Source of the DNA: Octopus bimaculoides
Taxonomy: Eukaryota
Length of the DNA: 64,000 bases
Direction of reading: 5' to 3'
Assembly: GCF_001194135.2 (NCBI RefSeq)
Contig: NC_068981.1
Span: 189,833,806 to 189,897,805 of the forward strand
Part shown: positions 24,384 to 37,682 of the stretch, piece after piece
Layout: each line of letters begins with the position of its first letter
Position numbering within the stretch: the stretch's first letter is position 1
Notes under the pieces: generated by a model
The model's database searches: none
Told to the model about the DNA's origin: nothing
What the model saw: the letters and a program-made list of their open reading frames with translations, nothing else
Made by a program: the position numbers and the translations under genes

Positions 24384-26382
24384 CAGTGATCAGTCTATGA
24401 CTGATAAATATTGTATCAATCCTTGAAAGATAAAAGATCAAGTGAACAGAAGGATTTTAATTAACAATATATGTTCCTAATTAAGGCACAAGTCTAGTTG
24501 AGGAAAACTAATAATTTCTACATGGTCAAGGTCACACATTTTGAGGGGTGGCATATTCAGATTAATCTTAATACATAACTATACTTATCTCTTCTAAAGG
24601 CAAAGCCAAACTTCTCAAGTTTTATATTTCCACAGGTCAGATATTTTATTATTTTCAGTTAGTATTTTGAATCAGTAAAAGTATATTAAAACTTTTTTTC
24701 TCTTCACTATTTCAGATATGTTATGTGTAATCACTGATCATAACACATAACAAAAGAGCTACTAAACTATAAGCAGCAGTTTTCTGTCAAGAAACTGGAT
24801 AAAATCAAATTTAACATCTAAGAAAATTTAAGAAAAAAAAAAAAAAATCTTGTTCAAATAAATAAATAAAAATTCTAATAATTTCAAATTTATTTCACAA
24901 TTTTTCAGGAAGTGCTGAATATTATTTGTAGTCATAACCTAGTGTTATTGACCTCCTCGGTTCTACTGGACATTAAAACCTATCCTTTAGTTAAATATAA
25001 ATTTACATTCATCTAAAAAATTCAAAAGGAAAATGTTTCAATATTTCTTTTTAAGGTCACAGTTTGTGATCAACATACAATGCTACTAGTGAAATATGTT
25101 TCATATAAAAGTAATATTTCTAAAAAAATTTAACAAAATTTTCATAAACATGCAGGAAATAATTGTCAACAGAAACAATTTATTTGATTAATGCACCAGT
25201 TGTTATTTAATATTTCTATAAAGCTGTCATCTAATATTTGTGAGTTTCAAGGAGTGGGAGCTGAAATTTCAATAACTTCTGAAGATTAGATTTTCATCAT
25301 AACAAAATCATATGAAATGTTCACAAATTTAGTTTATACTTTATCAGGTTTTTTAACTTGTTGCAAGTAATCTGTAGCTAAAGTAAAGAAATTTCTAATT
25401 TATTTGTGTATTTTTAATTGTTGGTCTAGTTGTATACAGCACCTAAGTTTACTTCAAATTTCAATAATTATCTGGTAAAATGGGCAACTCTTAAAGAATA
25501 ATTATCTATATCTTAAATAACCTTTGAATTTGTTTAACTTTTCTTTCCCCGTAAGGTGGATAAATTCTCCAACCCTGTATAAGTCTAAGACTATCTCTCC
25601 CTTCTCACTACCTGACAATTGATGTTGACAAGTTTAGATTTCTGAAACTTAGCAGTTCAGCAAAAAATGACAGAATAAGTACCAGGCTTTAGAAAAGAAA
25701 TAAGTACCCGGGTCGAATCATTCAACTAAAATTCTGCAAGAGAGTGCCCCAGCATGGTCACAGGCCAATGACTGAAACAAGTAAAAGACAGAAGATAAAA
25801 CTGCAGTGGTTGGTTGCATGAAGGAGAAAATGTGCTTGGAGGGTAATTATTATTGATAGTTAGGTGAGATGTGTTGGTGTAAGTTATAAACAATTAAAAA
25901 ATAAATAGTCTGAATACAGAGTTCAAAATATCGAAAGAAAGCATGTCGATTTGTATGCATGAGGAATGTGAAGGAAATGATAATGAAACGAGATGGATAT
26001 AAGACAACTAAGAAAATAAAATTGTTAATCCAATTCAAGAAAGAAATTGATTACATTAAGTTTTGAAAGTTTTGCTGGAGTCAATTACCTTAATTATTTC
26101 ATGAATAACAAGGACATTTCTTTAAAGGTGGCATTCATAATGGAAAATAATGCTTTGCATGAAAAAAGAAGATTAAGTGGTTATCAAATTGTAAGTTAAA
26201 TATTTTTTCTTTAAGGAATTTTGTTGAATATGTAAGCAATAACAGAATCATGTTCAGAGCTTGTTACAAAATGAAAATCTCTGGTTGCTGATATTTCATT
26301 AACAGCTTTCTCCTCTGTCAATGAGCAATTACTTGAAATATAAGGAACTAATAAATTATTACATCTCTTTCTACATTTGCTC

Positions 26383-26627
26383 TTGCCTGTACTGGTACCT
26401 CATAAAAAGCACCAATGCTAGCATCATGTATAAAGCACCCATGCTGGTGTCACATATAAAAAGTACCTGTGCTGGTACCACATAAAAAGCACCCATTAGG
26501 AAGGGCATCCAACTATAGAAACCATACCAAAACAGATAACTGGAGCCTGGTGAAGTTCTCTGGCTCACCAGCTCCAGTCCAAGATGGAAAACAGATGTTA
26601 AATAATGATGATGATGATGATGATGAC
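26383..26627 (+). mobile_element. RTE 3'-UTR tail (family C)
   Basis: Repeated aaaagcacc units, ttaggaagggcatccaact, gatggaaaacagatgttaaa(tga)n. Confidence 0.75.
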
Positions 26628-27572
26628 ATTGTAAGAAACTCATGACATTTTTTTCTTTCTTGTTTAAGCTTATGACTATGGCCAAGATAAAGTTTTAATC
26701 TCATGAAGAGAAACTATCACTGTAGTATCAATTCACATTTTAAAGATTTTTTTTTCTTCTTCTGCTCAATAAAAATACAAGACTTCTATTTTTCATAATT
26801 ATTTTCCCACTAAAATACATAGGTTTAAGTCATATAAAGCCGGGAGAAGAAAGCTACTGGAAATACTGCAGCTCAAACAACAATAGTAGATAAGATAAGC
26901 TGGTTGTGAATAGCAAAATGTTAAGCTAAGTACAAATTATATATTTTAGTAATTGTTTTCAAACCATTCCTGTCTTCCGAGTCAGATTAATGCTGATTTC
27001 TAAAGGTATTGCCTTCTACAGAGGAAGAACTGAATATGGTATTTAATAGAGGATGCAGTATTTAGAAATAGAGAAGAGAGTCAAGTTTTAAATTAAAGTA
27101 GTATGCAATTAGAAAGTTCAAAGGAGCAGTGGTGGTTTCAGTAGTGGCAGGAGAGAGAGAAGTCTAGGACCCCTGTTGTGTGTGAAGTTATAGATTGTTA
27201 GTGAGTTAAGGCAGCATCTTCACTTTGGATACATCTTACTTCATCTGTATATGTGTGTTCCATCCCACCGGTAAGGGCAGTATTTTACCATAAACTGTGT
27301 CTCTGTTATGCAGACACTTTGTAGTTGTTCAAATCTAAATTATTTCATGGGTCTCAGGGGGTAAAAATCATACTTCAGAATATAAATAAATTCACAATTT
27401 AATTTTTGTCAGGCATAAGGTGGGTTTGGTGAGTATTTGTAAACTTGGGAAACACAGGAGTAATCTACGTGATAAAATAGACTTTAAAACATTTAAAACA
27501 TTTTTTTATCCATTTTTTCACATTGCTCTTCTTTACATTAAAAATATTTTAATTAAACATTTATAAAAATCA

Positions 27573-28770
27573 TGATCATTATCATCATCGTTGTTTAACG
27601 TCTGCTTTCCATGCTGGCATGGGTCAGATGGTTTGACAGAGGACTAGGGAGCCAGAAGGATGCGCCAGGCTCCAATCTGATTTAGCAGAGTTTCTACAGC
27701 TGGATACCCTTCCTAATGCCAACCACTCTGAGAGTGTAGTGGGTGCTTTTATGTGCCACTGGCATGAGGGCCAGTCAGGTGGTACTGGCAACGTCCATGC
27801 TTAAAAGGTGTTTTTTACATGCCACCTGCACAGGAGCCAGTCCAGTGGTACTGGCAACGACCACACTCAAATGTTGTTTTTCCCGTGCCACCGGCACATG
27901 TGCCAGTTTAGGCAACATTGGCAATGACCATGCTCAAATGGTGCTTTTTATGTGCCACCAGCACGGGAGCCAGTAACTGACCCTGACAATAATCATGCTC
28001 GGATGGTGCTTTTATCGTTCCACTGGCCTGAGTGCCAATCAGGCGGTACTGTCATCACCCACATCAGTGATTTTGATTTTACTTGCCTCATACTGGCTTT
28101 ATTCCTTGCAAGCTTACGCATGTCCTCAGCAGTCATGGCCCATGTTTCACTGCCATGTAGCATGGCTGTTAGTACACATGTGTCATACAGTTTACCTTTT
28201 ACTCTGAGCGAGAAGCCCTTTGTCACCAGCAGAGGTAGGAGCTCTCTGAACTTTGCCCAGGATATTCTTATTCTAGCAGCTATACTTTCAGAGCATCCAC
28301 CCCCCACTACTGACTTGGTTACCAAGGTAATGGAAGCTATCAACTACTAGTAGTTTTTCTCCCTAGAATGTGACAGAAGCTGTTCTCTGCGCATTTTCAC
28401 TGTTTATTGCTCCTGAGCATTTGCTACACACAAAAACTGTCTTCCCAGTTAGCATTCCTTTGATATGGCTGCACCTCATATGTGTCCATAGCTTACACTT
28501 GGTACATCTTATGGAATTTCTACCTACACATTTCCCATAGATTGAGCAGGGCCATCTACCTGAAGGAATTTGTGATTTGTCTGCCTTCCTACTTATTAAG
28601 ACTTTGGTTTTAGCTAAGTTGACTCTAAGGCCCTTCGATTCTAATCCTTGCTTCCACACCTGAAACAACTTCTCTAGTTCTGATAGTGACTCAGCAATTA
28701 GAGCAAGGTCATCAGCATAGAGGAGCTCCTAGGGGCATCCTATCTTGAATTCCTTTGTTATTGCCTGGAG
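27573..28770 (-). mobile_element. 5'-truncated RTE LINE: RT motifs 5-7, PHD-like insert, post-RT region, internal deletion, 3' UTR and tail
   Basis: LQAITKEFKIGCP*ELLYADDLAL..FQVWKQGLESKGLRVNLAKTKV..(ORF 28363-28668)..DSFHYLG..SSGGGCSESIAARIRISWAKFRELLPLLVTKGFSLRVKGKLYDTCVLTAMLHGSETW (ORF 27993-28343), then a jump into the family C 3' UTR. Confidence 0.9.
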
Positions 28771-29589
28771 AACTATAAAAATATAAATACATAAAGCCAT
28801 TACCAATTTAATTTTAGCTTCTAGACCAGTCCAACATTTCACTCATTAAACTAATGTATACATTCCTATGTATCCATGAACACTGCATACATGCATTATA
28901 CTGTGTAACCTTTGACAATGAATATACTTGCTTTAAACAATGTTGATAACAATAGCTGTACTATAAGACAGTGACTTTAACAATTCATACACAAGTCTTA
29001 AAATAACCTAAACTGTTATATAGACAAATTACAAAGAAATAAATTGCCTTTTCTGCTTAATACAAATTTAACTGCAACTTTCTGAAATTCACTTCTTATC
29101 CATGTTTTTCCTGCAGCAAAATACAACTATATTGTAATGTCTGCAAAGATCACAGACACAGCTCCTACCTCCAGACTAAAATAATAATAATAAAAATAAT
29201 ATCAGTGAAAAACCTACTATTACATGAATTAAAAAATATAATTCAAAAAATCTAATTAGAGATAAATCAATGCAGCTCAAACATAAATCAAAATGTAGTA
29301 AGGTTTCTTGCAGTAAATACAATTTTTGTAAAATTCTACCAAAGGCAATTTTTGCTCCATGTGACTGTCTCATGTCTCTCTTGATGCACCATGCCTATTT
29401 TATAGGGGTCAGTAATTGCAGAGCTTCAAACCAAACTCTGAAAAATTCATGACTTTCTTGGTAATGATACAGCAGAGGTTTTCCATTGGCTTCTGCTGGT
29501 TGATTTAAAATCTAGTCTGTGAATTACCTGCTCTTCTGAGTTTACCCTCAAGGGACGAAATCTATTTGACCCTTAGGCAGGGAGACTGG

Positions 29590-29910
29590 TTCATGTGATA
29601 TCAAAGTATGTCTAGGAACCAGCTCTACTCTCATCCATATCTTGTATGCTTTAGCCACAAGATCATCTTTTATTAGTGTTTATGTGATCTCAAAGTATGT
29701 CCATACACCTGCATCCCAGTGTCCCGTACGTCTAGAAGCCAGCTCTCCTCCATATTCTGTATGCCTTAGCTACAAGACCATCTTTTATTATTGTTCATGT
29801 GATATCAAAATACGTCTATACACCTGCATGCCAGTGTGATGTACGTCTAGATGCCAGCTCTCCTCCATATCCTGTATGCCTTAGCTACAGCACCATCTTT
29901 CATTATTTAT
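29590..29910. repeat. Tandem repeat, about 115-120 bp unit, about 2.7 copies
   Basis: ccagctct recurs at 29619, 29739 and 29854, each followed by ccatat..tgtatgc.ttagc.aca. Confidence 0.85.
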
Positions 29911-31992
29911 ACCATACCTGAGACCTTTGACAGTTACTATTACCCCAAGCCAAAGCAGACCTGAGAAAAGTGGTGACTAAGGGGTAACTCTGCATTCCCC
30001 AAAACTCCTGATCACCCAAGCTGGAGCTTCGCCACTGGATTCCTTGTTAATTTTGAGGATGGAAGTTCAGGTTTAATTCTCACATTATTGAAACATTAGA
30101 AAGATATTGAAGGACAATGTGAAAGATGGAATGTGGAGATTAGAAAAAATATTTTACAGGATTCTTTAAATTACTTGAATAGCAGTAACATCCTCTTGAC
30201 TTATATAGTTATATATAGGAAGGAAGGAAGGACATATTAGACAATGTAGCCCTACCTAGATATACAAAAATATGAGACTGTCATGGATAGAACGTCTTTG
30301 GTTACAGGTCTGCTGAATGAGGACTGACTGATTAAACAACAGAATGATGTCACATCTCCTACTATAAAAAGAGGAATTAAATATCACAATATTCCAGAAG
30401 CCATACAGAGATTCTGCTCACATAAACTTTGATTTAAAATAGGAGTTGCATAATATTGATTGGGCCAATGAAGAACTTTGCATAATAATTCAATCTGCTA
30501 GATAGAGGAGTAAAATGTCCTTCAATTCACACCCTAACTTCTTAAAATAAGAAGTAAAACATTGGACAATGTCACCCATGAGACAGGGAAAATATGAGAT
30601 AATCATGGAGCTAAATTACTCAATAAAACCTGACCTAGGGTTAAACAACAGCTACTGATTTTTAACTTTGGCACAAAACCATAAATGTGCAAAAATAAAA
30701 ATCAATTTAAATTCTCCCAGCCCCATTATATTACTGGTACTATTTATTGAAGTGAAGAAAATCTAAATGAAGAAAGGTGAACTATAGAAATAGAAAACAT
30801 GTCACCTTCTTATTTTATCCTGCCATCTTAAAAAGAAGGACACATTGGCTAATGTATACTAGCTGAGATAAATGTCAGGATGGTCATGGTTAGGATGCAT
30901 TTGATCATAACTTTGTTCAATTGTGACTATTCTTGGGCCAAGCAACAACATATTATATTTAAAACAGCATAAGCAATAACCATTAGCCAAAATGCAAAAA
31001 TTAATAAAGCCAGAACAGAAATTACAACCCATACAAAACTGGTTTCACTGCACCAAGCAGTCAATAACGAGTACAAACCATCTAATAAACAGCTAAAACT
31101 AATAGCTATAAACTGAAGCACATTCAATCTATATAGCAAGGAGTGAACTAATCAAAATGATTTCTATGGCAAAACACCGATCCTCTTGCCATCAATATAA
31201 ATTGCAAGTTCTGCCTTGCATTAAATCCATAAATTTATAAATAACCAAACAGCACACTTCATTACACATTAATTCATTTCAACTTTAACAGGTCAAAAAT
31301 TACCAGAAAGACTATAAAGTCGAGTCTTTGATAACTTTTAAATAAAGTATATTCAATGCAGTGCGAGAGGAGAAAATGAGGAAAAAAAAAAAGATAAAAT
31401 TAATTTAAACTTTTCCATATAGAATTTTTATTTTTGGAGCAGAAAATATTTTTGTATGACAGTTTTCATCATGCAACTATCATCATAGCAAATTCTTTAT
31501 TCATTTACAGCTTTCGACATGAAATATTTTTATTCTTTTGTTGTTGTTATTTTTATATCTGAAAATTCTTTCCTTAGTATTTATTTTGTATTCGAAAAAT
31601 ACCTCTATCCTCACAAACATTTTTCTTAAATACATTTCATTTTCCATTTTCTTGTAAAATGTATTTTCTGATAATGCATATATTTTTATGCTAGAATAGA
31701 TTTTTCTTTCAATGAGGTTCTTTAGTTGTTAAAATAATTTTGTCCTGCACTGCTAAGTCATAAATAACATAACCAACTAATACAATGCACACCAAAAATT
31801 ATTGCATCTCTAAAAATATATTAGTTGTTGTTATGTGACTTAGCAAACTATAGCCATATCAAGGAGAGTAATCTGTTAATTTTGTGAAGGAGTGATTGTT
31901 CATAGATAAGAACATAATTCTTACGCTAATCTGAGAAATACATACAAAATATATCATAACAGAGCAATATTCTTTCTTCAGGATTCCTGAAT

Positions 31993-32047
<55 letters not shown>

Positions 32048-34587
32048 GCAACTGATAAAGGAATAAGTATTTTCTTGCTCTGAAGAAGAAACCTAATTCT
32101 ATCAATGCTTTAGTTGTGATGTTATAACAGACCATCAGGGATTGTCATAAACTAGAATTTGTAGTGGTTTAAGGGTGGAGGGAATAACTATGTTATCCGT
32201 GTCTAGAGAGAATATAGTGTCATACTACCATTGCTTTGTTATTTGTAATGATTTTCTGTGTGCACTTAAAAGAAACTAGCTTGCTATACCCCAACTGCAA
32301 GTCTAGTGCAAGGTACCAAGCTGTTTTCTCATAACAGTTGCATGTGGTAAGTTAAATCATAAAAGGTGGTATTAAGAAAAGAGGAATTGATAAAATTAAG
32401 ATATACAAGTTCAGCATAAAGTCAAGATGGTTGCTAGAGGAGGTATTGTCTTGCTTTGGAGCTCTGGAGAAGCAATCAAGCAATCAGGTAGCTGGCAGAG
32501 ATTACAAGCAAGCCATTGTAAAGGAAGGAAAATAAGGGAGCACTGCAGGTAAAAAAATTTTAAATTGTAAAGGAGGGATAAAAGAAAGAAATGCATGTAT
32601 TCTAGTTTTCAGAGGATATTAGCAATGGCAGATAACTGGGACATGTTAGTGGATGAGAAATGGAAGCAGATAGATAATGCTAGTAGAAATGGTGAACACA
32701 GCCTTGAGACTCAAATTATTTCTTGAGCTACATTTCCTAATGGTTAGATTGCTTTGTTTTCTCATATTTCGTGTCAATATTGATATGAAGTCAATTATCA
32801 AACACAGTCATTTGTCCTTCTCAGTTAACTAAAAAACACTTCTTGGTACATTCTACAATTTCATTTATCATCCAGTGAGGGTAAGTTATTATACAATATT
32901 ATCTAAATTTGAGTACAAACATGTATTTGATTATGGTGATGAATACAAATAAGACGGAAAGTTTGTTAAAAAAAAATAATGCAAAATTATATGTTAACTT
33001 TAAATTGCCAGACGAAAATGAAAATAAAACTTTTCCAATTTGGATATTAGAGGCCTTTACTTTGCAGGCTGTAGTTTTTGGTTTAAAGTATTTTTGATGG
33101 CAAAATTTAGTACATGAAAAGCTGCACTACCAAAACTAAACAAAATCGATACTGAAATATAAATAAATATCAAATAAAAAGAAAAGGTTATCAATCACAA
33201 GAGAGGAAAATGAATGACATGAGATTTGATAAATGATATTTCATTTCTAATGAATAACATGATAATTTTAGTCTTAATAGTGGTTAATTATCAAGATTTT
33301 GTTTAAAAACCAAAACTTCACTGAATTCCTTTTGTTGACTTCTTTCAAAGCAGCCAAGTCACTTTGGCTCATGTTAGAGCCATCAATCTAAATATTTGGT
33401 CATATCAAGTAGAAATATAACAAGAACAACAAAGTTTACTGCAGCAATATATATGATACTAAATGAGTAATAACAATTTTTTTCTGGATGCACAATAAAA
33501 GTTCATTGACTGTTTTTTTTTTTTTTACAGCAACAACAACATATCTATGATTTACCTTTACAATATGTCATAAAAGTGAACAGTGTTTACATAAGTATGA
33601 AGCAAAAATAGAATGCATTATTTGATAACTGAAATATAAGCGTAGTATGGAGAGACTTGTATTAATAGAAAGATGGATGTGGAATTTCAAGATGCTAAGT
33701 TCAAAAACCTAATGTCAGAATCTGACATTTACTACCAAAATATAGAAAATAGATGTGTAATCAATAGCTAAGTTAGTATTAAAATATTTAATACAATGAG
33801 AATCAAACAGCTAAGTATAGATAATTATGAAGTAAAGGAAAACAATAGTCTTTTGTCTGACAAGTATGGGAGATAACTCTAGCCATATTTTTGCCTTATC
33901 CTGATCTCAACAGGTAGTAGATTGGTTGAACATTAGAGCAGACAAAATACTTTGAAATAACTAACCCTGGTATTTTAAATTCTGCCAAGGTTACCTTTGC
34001 CATTCAATTTCTCAAGGTTCATTAAAATAAAGCACCAGTCAAGTGTTGATGTTGATTTTATTTAACTGATACTGAAGTTTTACAAGTTTTTTTCAAGTAA
34101 GTAACTATGGTTGAGAATCCTCAATGGACAATATTTCGGAATGCTTGCATTTTAAAAGCAGACAAGAGTATAAGTCCTAATGGCCAGAATATTCCTGTGT
34201 AGACACAATGACTTCAAAGGTAATGAAATTCCAAGTTTTAATAAATTTGAAAAACACTGTGTCTAATACAAACTAGGAGAAGAACTGAAGATTTGAAACA
34301 CAGTACACTAAGTTTATTTAATTTAAAGCTACATCATATCTTTTAAGTTTTAGCAAAAATATTTAAATTCCTCTTAGAAGTAAGTACACTATAATTTTTA
34401 TATATCTAATACTTTTTCTTCAAATAAGGGAATGTATCTGTTAGTCCATTGAAATGCTGAATATTAATAATAACTTTCCTACCAAATACATTCTAAATTA
34501 CAATTTTACTATACAATATCTAATTACCTTTCTCTCTTAACTATAGCTTTAAATATTATAAAAAACTTCTATTGCTTAATATTTTAT

Positions 34588-34806
34588 AAGGTGGCGAGCT
34601 GGCAGAAACATTAGCACGCTGGGTGAAATGCTTAGTGGTATTTCGTCTGTCTTTACATTCTGAGTTCAAATTCCACCGAGGTTGATTTTGGCTTTCATCC
34701 TTTTGGGGGTCGATAAATTAAGTACCAGCTGCATACTGGGGTTGATTTAATCAACTGACTCCCTCCCCCCAAATTTCTGGTCTTGTGCCTAGAGTAGAAA
34801 AGAATA
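34588..34806 (+). mobile_element. tRNA-derived SINE, family B
   Basis: ggtggcgagctggcagaaacattagcacgctgggtgaaatgcttagtggtatttcgtctgtctttacattctgagttcaaattccaccgagg..ggggtcgataaattaagtaccag. Confidence 0.9.
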
Positions 34807-35330
34807 TTTTATATTTTATATCATATCCTAAATCAAGTATGTTTATTCCCATTATTGTACTTAAATGACTACTTTATGTCCCTTAACACCTATAGCAGTA
34901 TATTTTTCAAATACATCATAGTATTATAGTAAGATTTCATTCAATAATAACCCCCCACCCAGTACTTCCGCATCCTACCGTTCCTAAAAAAAATTATTGT
35001 TTCCGTTGTTTAGATATTTGAAAATATGGTCCTCACAATCTTACTTGTTATTTACCACCACTACGTAAGAAATTTCACCCTGATGAAATTTAGATATGCT
35101 GTGGGGCTCTTTTATATCTAACATGGTTCGAATTCTGATGATCCAAAGCAATTGTTCACAATTGAAACATGTAGGCATCTTTTTTGATTATTTCTAATGT
35201 TGATTCTGTTACTTTAAATCTTATTTGTATTACATTATACGATGTTTAATTTTATTTGTATCACGATGAATACATAAGTATCCACTATATTTCTTCTCCA
35301 TTTCCTTATATTTACTTAACAATATCAATA

Positions 35331-35581
35331 TATATATTAGAAAAAATAATAAGGTACTCAGATATCTGGATGCTTGTACATTTACAGATTTTTATTAATA
35401 TGTCACATGTTTCTATAAATTAGCGCTTGCATCTATTCTTGTAGATTCTCCTGATTTGGAGATTCAACAAGACTAGATGCAAGTGCTAATATTTATAAAA
35501 GCATGTGACATATTAATAAAATTCTGTAAATGTACAACCATCCAGATATCTGAATACTTTATTATTTTTTTCTAATATATA
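35331..35581. mobile_element. Fold-back (fully palindromic) MITE-like element
   Basis: Arms about 35331-35451 and 35458-35581 are reverse complements with scattered mismatches around a 6-nt loop tgattt; ends are TA-rich. Confidence 0.8.
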
Positions 35582-35644
35582 ATTCCTGTACATCACCTCC
35601 AAACCTTCTAATATATCTATATATATGTATATATATATATATAG

Positions 35645-35760
35645 ATGCAGGAGTGGCTGTGTGGTAAGAAGCTTGCTTCCAACCACATGGTTTTGGGTTC
35701 ACTCCTACTATGTCGCACTTTGGGCAAGTGTCTTTTACAATAGCCTCGGGCCGACCAAAG
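35645..35760 (+). mobile_element. Family A SINE, 5' part
   Basis: gcaggagtggctgtgtggtaagaagcttgcttccaaccacatgg..tgggcaagtgtcttttacaatagcctcgggccgaccaaag. Confidence 0.85.
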
Positions 35761-36094
35761 TAAAACACTTTTATACAGTAAAACACACAAAAAAATAGCA
35801 AAACATAGGTGCACAACTGAGTTAAGGCAGATTTACTTCTGCCTGTATAGCACGTAAAGTAAATTGTGTTGTAGGAGTGTACACAGCATGTGTAGTGCAA
35901 CAGTATTATGTGTAGCTTCCAGAACCTTTTGCCAAACATGGACATTTCAAATACAAAGGGATAATCTGCACCTGGTGGAATTATCAAGGGATAATTCACT
36001 ATGAGTTCATCCCAGATGTCGAACCATTAAAGCCAACCTGTACTCTGAGCAGCCGGAGTAGATGTATGCCATTGCATATATATATAGGAAGGTC

Positions 36095-36240
36095 CATTAT
36101 TTACATTATTTACATTTGACAGATACTTGTCGTCATCTTGTTTGTTAACACGTTTCAACTGATATACTCTCCAGCTTTCATCAGGTGTCTTGGGGAAATT
36201 TCGAACCTGGGTTCTCATTCCTAAGGTATTTTTGATGTTG

Positions 36241-36302
<62 letters not shown>

Positions 36303-36423
36303 ATCACTATCTGGAATTGAACTTGGAATCTTGGGGTTAAATAGCCCGTGCTCTTAACCAGTTAACCACATATACCCGTGGGCATGTGGCATAGTGGTTC
36401 CTCATCTCTTAAATATAGAACTG
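36095..36423 (-). mobile_element. Family D element (tRNA-like head + (AAT)n + hammerhead region) with inverted 3' terminus
   Basis: Minus copy from about 36392 down to 36095, then the plus-strand terminus ttcctcatctcttaaatatagaactg; flanked by the direct repeat tataggaaggtc (36083-36094 and 36424-36435). Confidence 0.85.
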
Positions 36424-37205
36424 TATAGGAAGGTCACCTGACCCTAGAAACCATCCCAGAAATGAAACACACAACCAAATCAGACCTTTGACCCATAGAA
36501 GAGGACAGTGACTTAAAACGTAAACCATTATGGCAGTCAGACATAAGACAATGACAATGCAGATGTAACACTTGTAACTAAATTTTGCCCTTTCTGTTCT
36601 GATACAGGATGAATGTCACAACATTGCAAAATTGATTGAACTACATGAAATAGTTAGAACAATGTCAATAAATTGCCAATATGTAAAGCAATTCATCTCA
36701 TTTTATTCCATTATTCTATCAATGATTTCTCATTAAAATGTCTGTTAGAATTTGTTTTCAGTTTAATTATTTCTCAGTTTACATCAATTCAAATGGTTTC
36801 TTTGCATGTTTGTTTTCTGATTAGTCACATTCTTAGTATTATCAGCCATCCTATAACAAATGGTGGAATTTTTTGTAAAACATATCAGCTGCTTCCTCTA
36901 TTCCAGTCTATTATTTGCTTCTTTAGTTGACATCTGAAATACAATTTTACACCTGAATGCCTTGATTTCACAATATAATACTAACTTTATAATTGTTTGT
37001 TTTCTCAAGCTAATATATTTATTAAACGCAAAGTAAAAAATATTCTTAGTCGTAACTGTCTATGTCATTCCTTTATATTTCAGATCATTTATATGTAGAG
37101 AAAAGAAACCATCTATAAATACATAATTTCTCAGACACATTTTTTAATAAATTTATTTTTTCTTCTATTTTTCTGTGTAAATCAAAGTTGTTTTATATTC
37201 GTATA

Positions 37206-37369
37206 CAGGTGCATGAGTGGCTGTGTGGTAAGTAGCTTGCTTACCAACCGCATGGGTCTGGGTTCAGTCCCACTGTATGGCACCTTGCACAAGTGTCTTC
37301 TACTATAGCCTCGGGCCGATCAAAGCCTTGTGAGTGGATTCGGTAGACGGAAACTGAAAGAAGCCCATC

Positions 37370-37400
<31 letters not shown>

Positions 37401-37588
37401 TCTGTCTGCGTTTGTTCCCTCACCATTACTTGACAACCGATGTTGGTGTGTTTACATCATGGTAGCCTAGCAGTTCAGCAAAGAGACCGATAGAATAAGG
37501 CTTGCAAAGAATAAATCCTGGGGTTGATTTGTTCAAATAAAGGCGGTGCTCCAGCATGGCTGGAGTCAAATTTTTAAAACAAGTAAAA
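37206..37588 (+). mobile_element. Family A SINE, full length with internal (TG)n
   Basis: Head gagtggctgtgtggtaagtagcttgc, B-box ggttcagtccc, core, 3' end ggcggtgctccagcatggc. Confidence 0.9.
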
Positions 37589-37609
37589 CAAAAAAAATGC
37601 AAATGAATA

Positions 37610-37631
37610 TATACATATGCATATATATATG

Positions 37632-37682
<51 letters not shown>

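Noticed and set aside
24600-24750. Possible 35-nt exon (GKAKLLKFIFPQ, 24600-24634) and a strong acceptor at 24715
   Set aside because: Signals are plausible, but the downstream segment hits stops within a few codons in all frames and I recognise no protein; needs RNA-seq.
26220-26345. Possible minus-strand exon NCSLTEEKAVNEISATRDFHF
   Set aside because: No homology recognised and no consistent neighbouring exons.
30927-31139. Hydrophobic 70-aa minus-strand ORF that looks like a membrane protein
   Set aside because: A T-rich strand naturally yields F/L/I/V-rich frames; it starts at TTG with a stop 5 codons upstream, and no family is recognised.
33531-33594. Possible 64-nt plus-strand exon after a poly-T acceptor (QQQHIYDLPLQYVIKVNSVYI)
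   Set aside because: Good splice signals but no recognisable product or linked exons.
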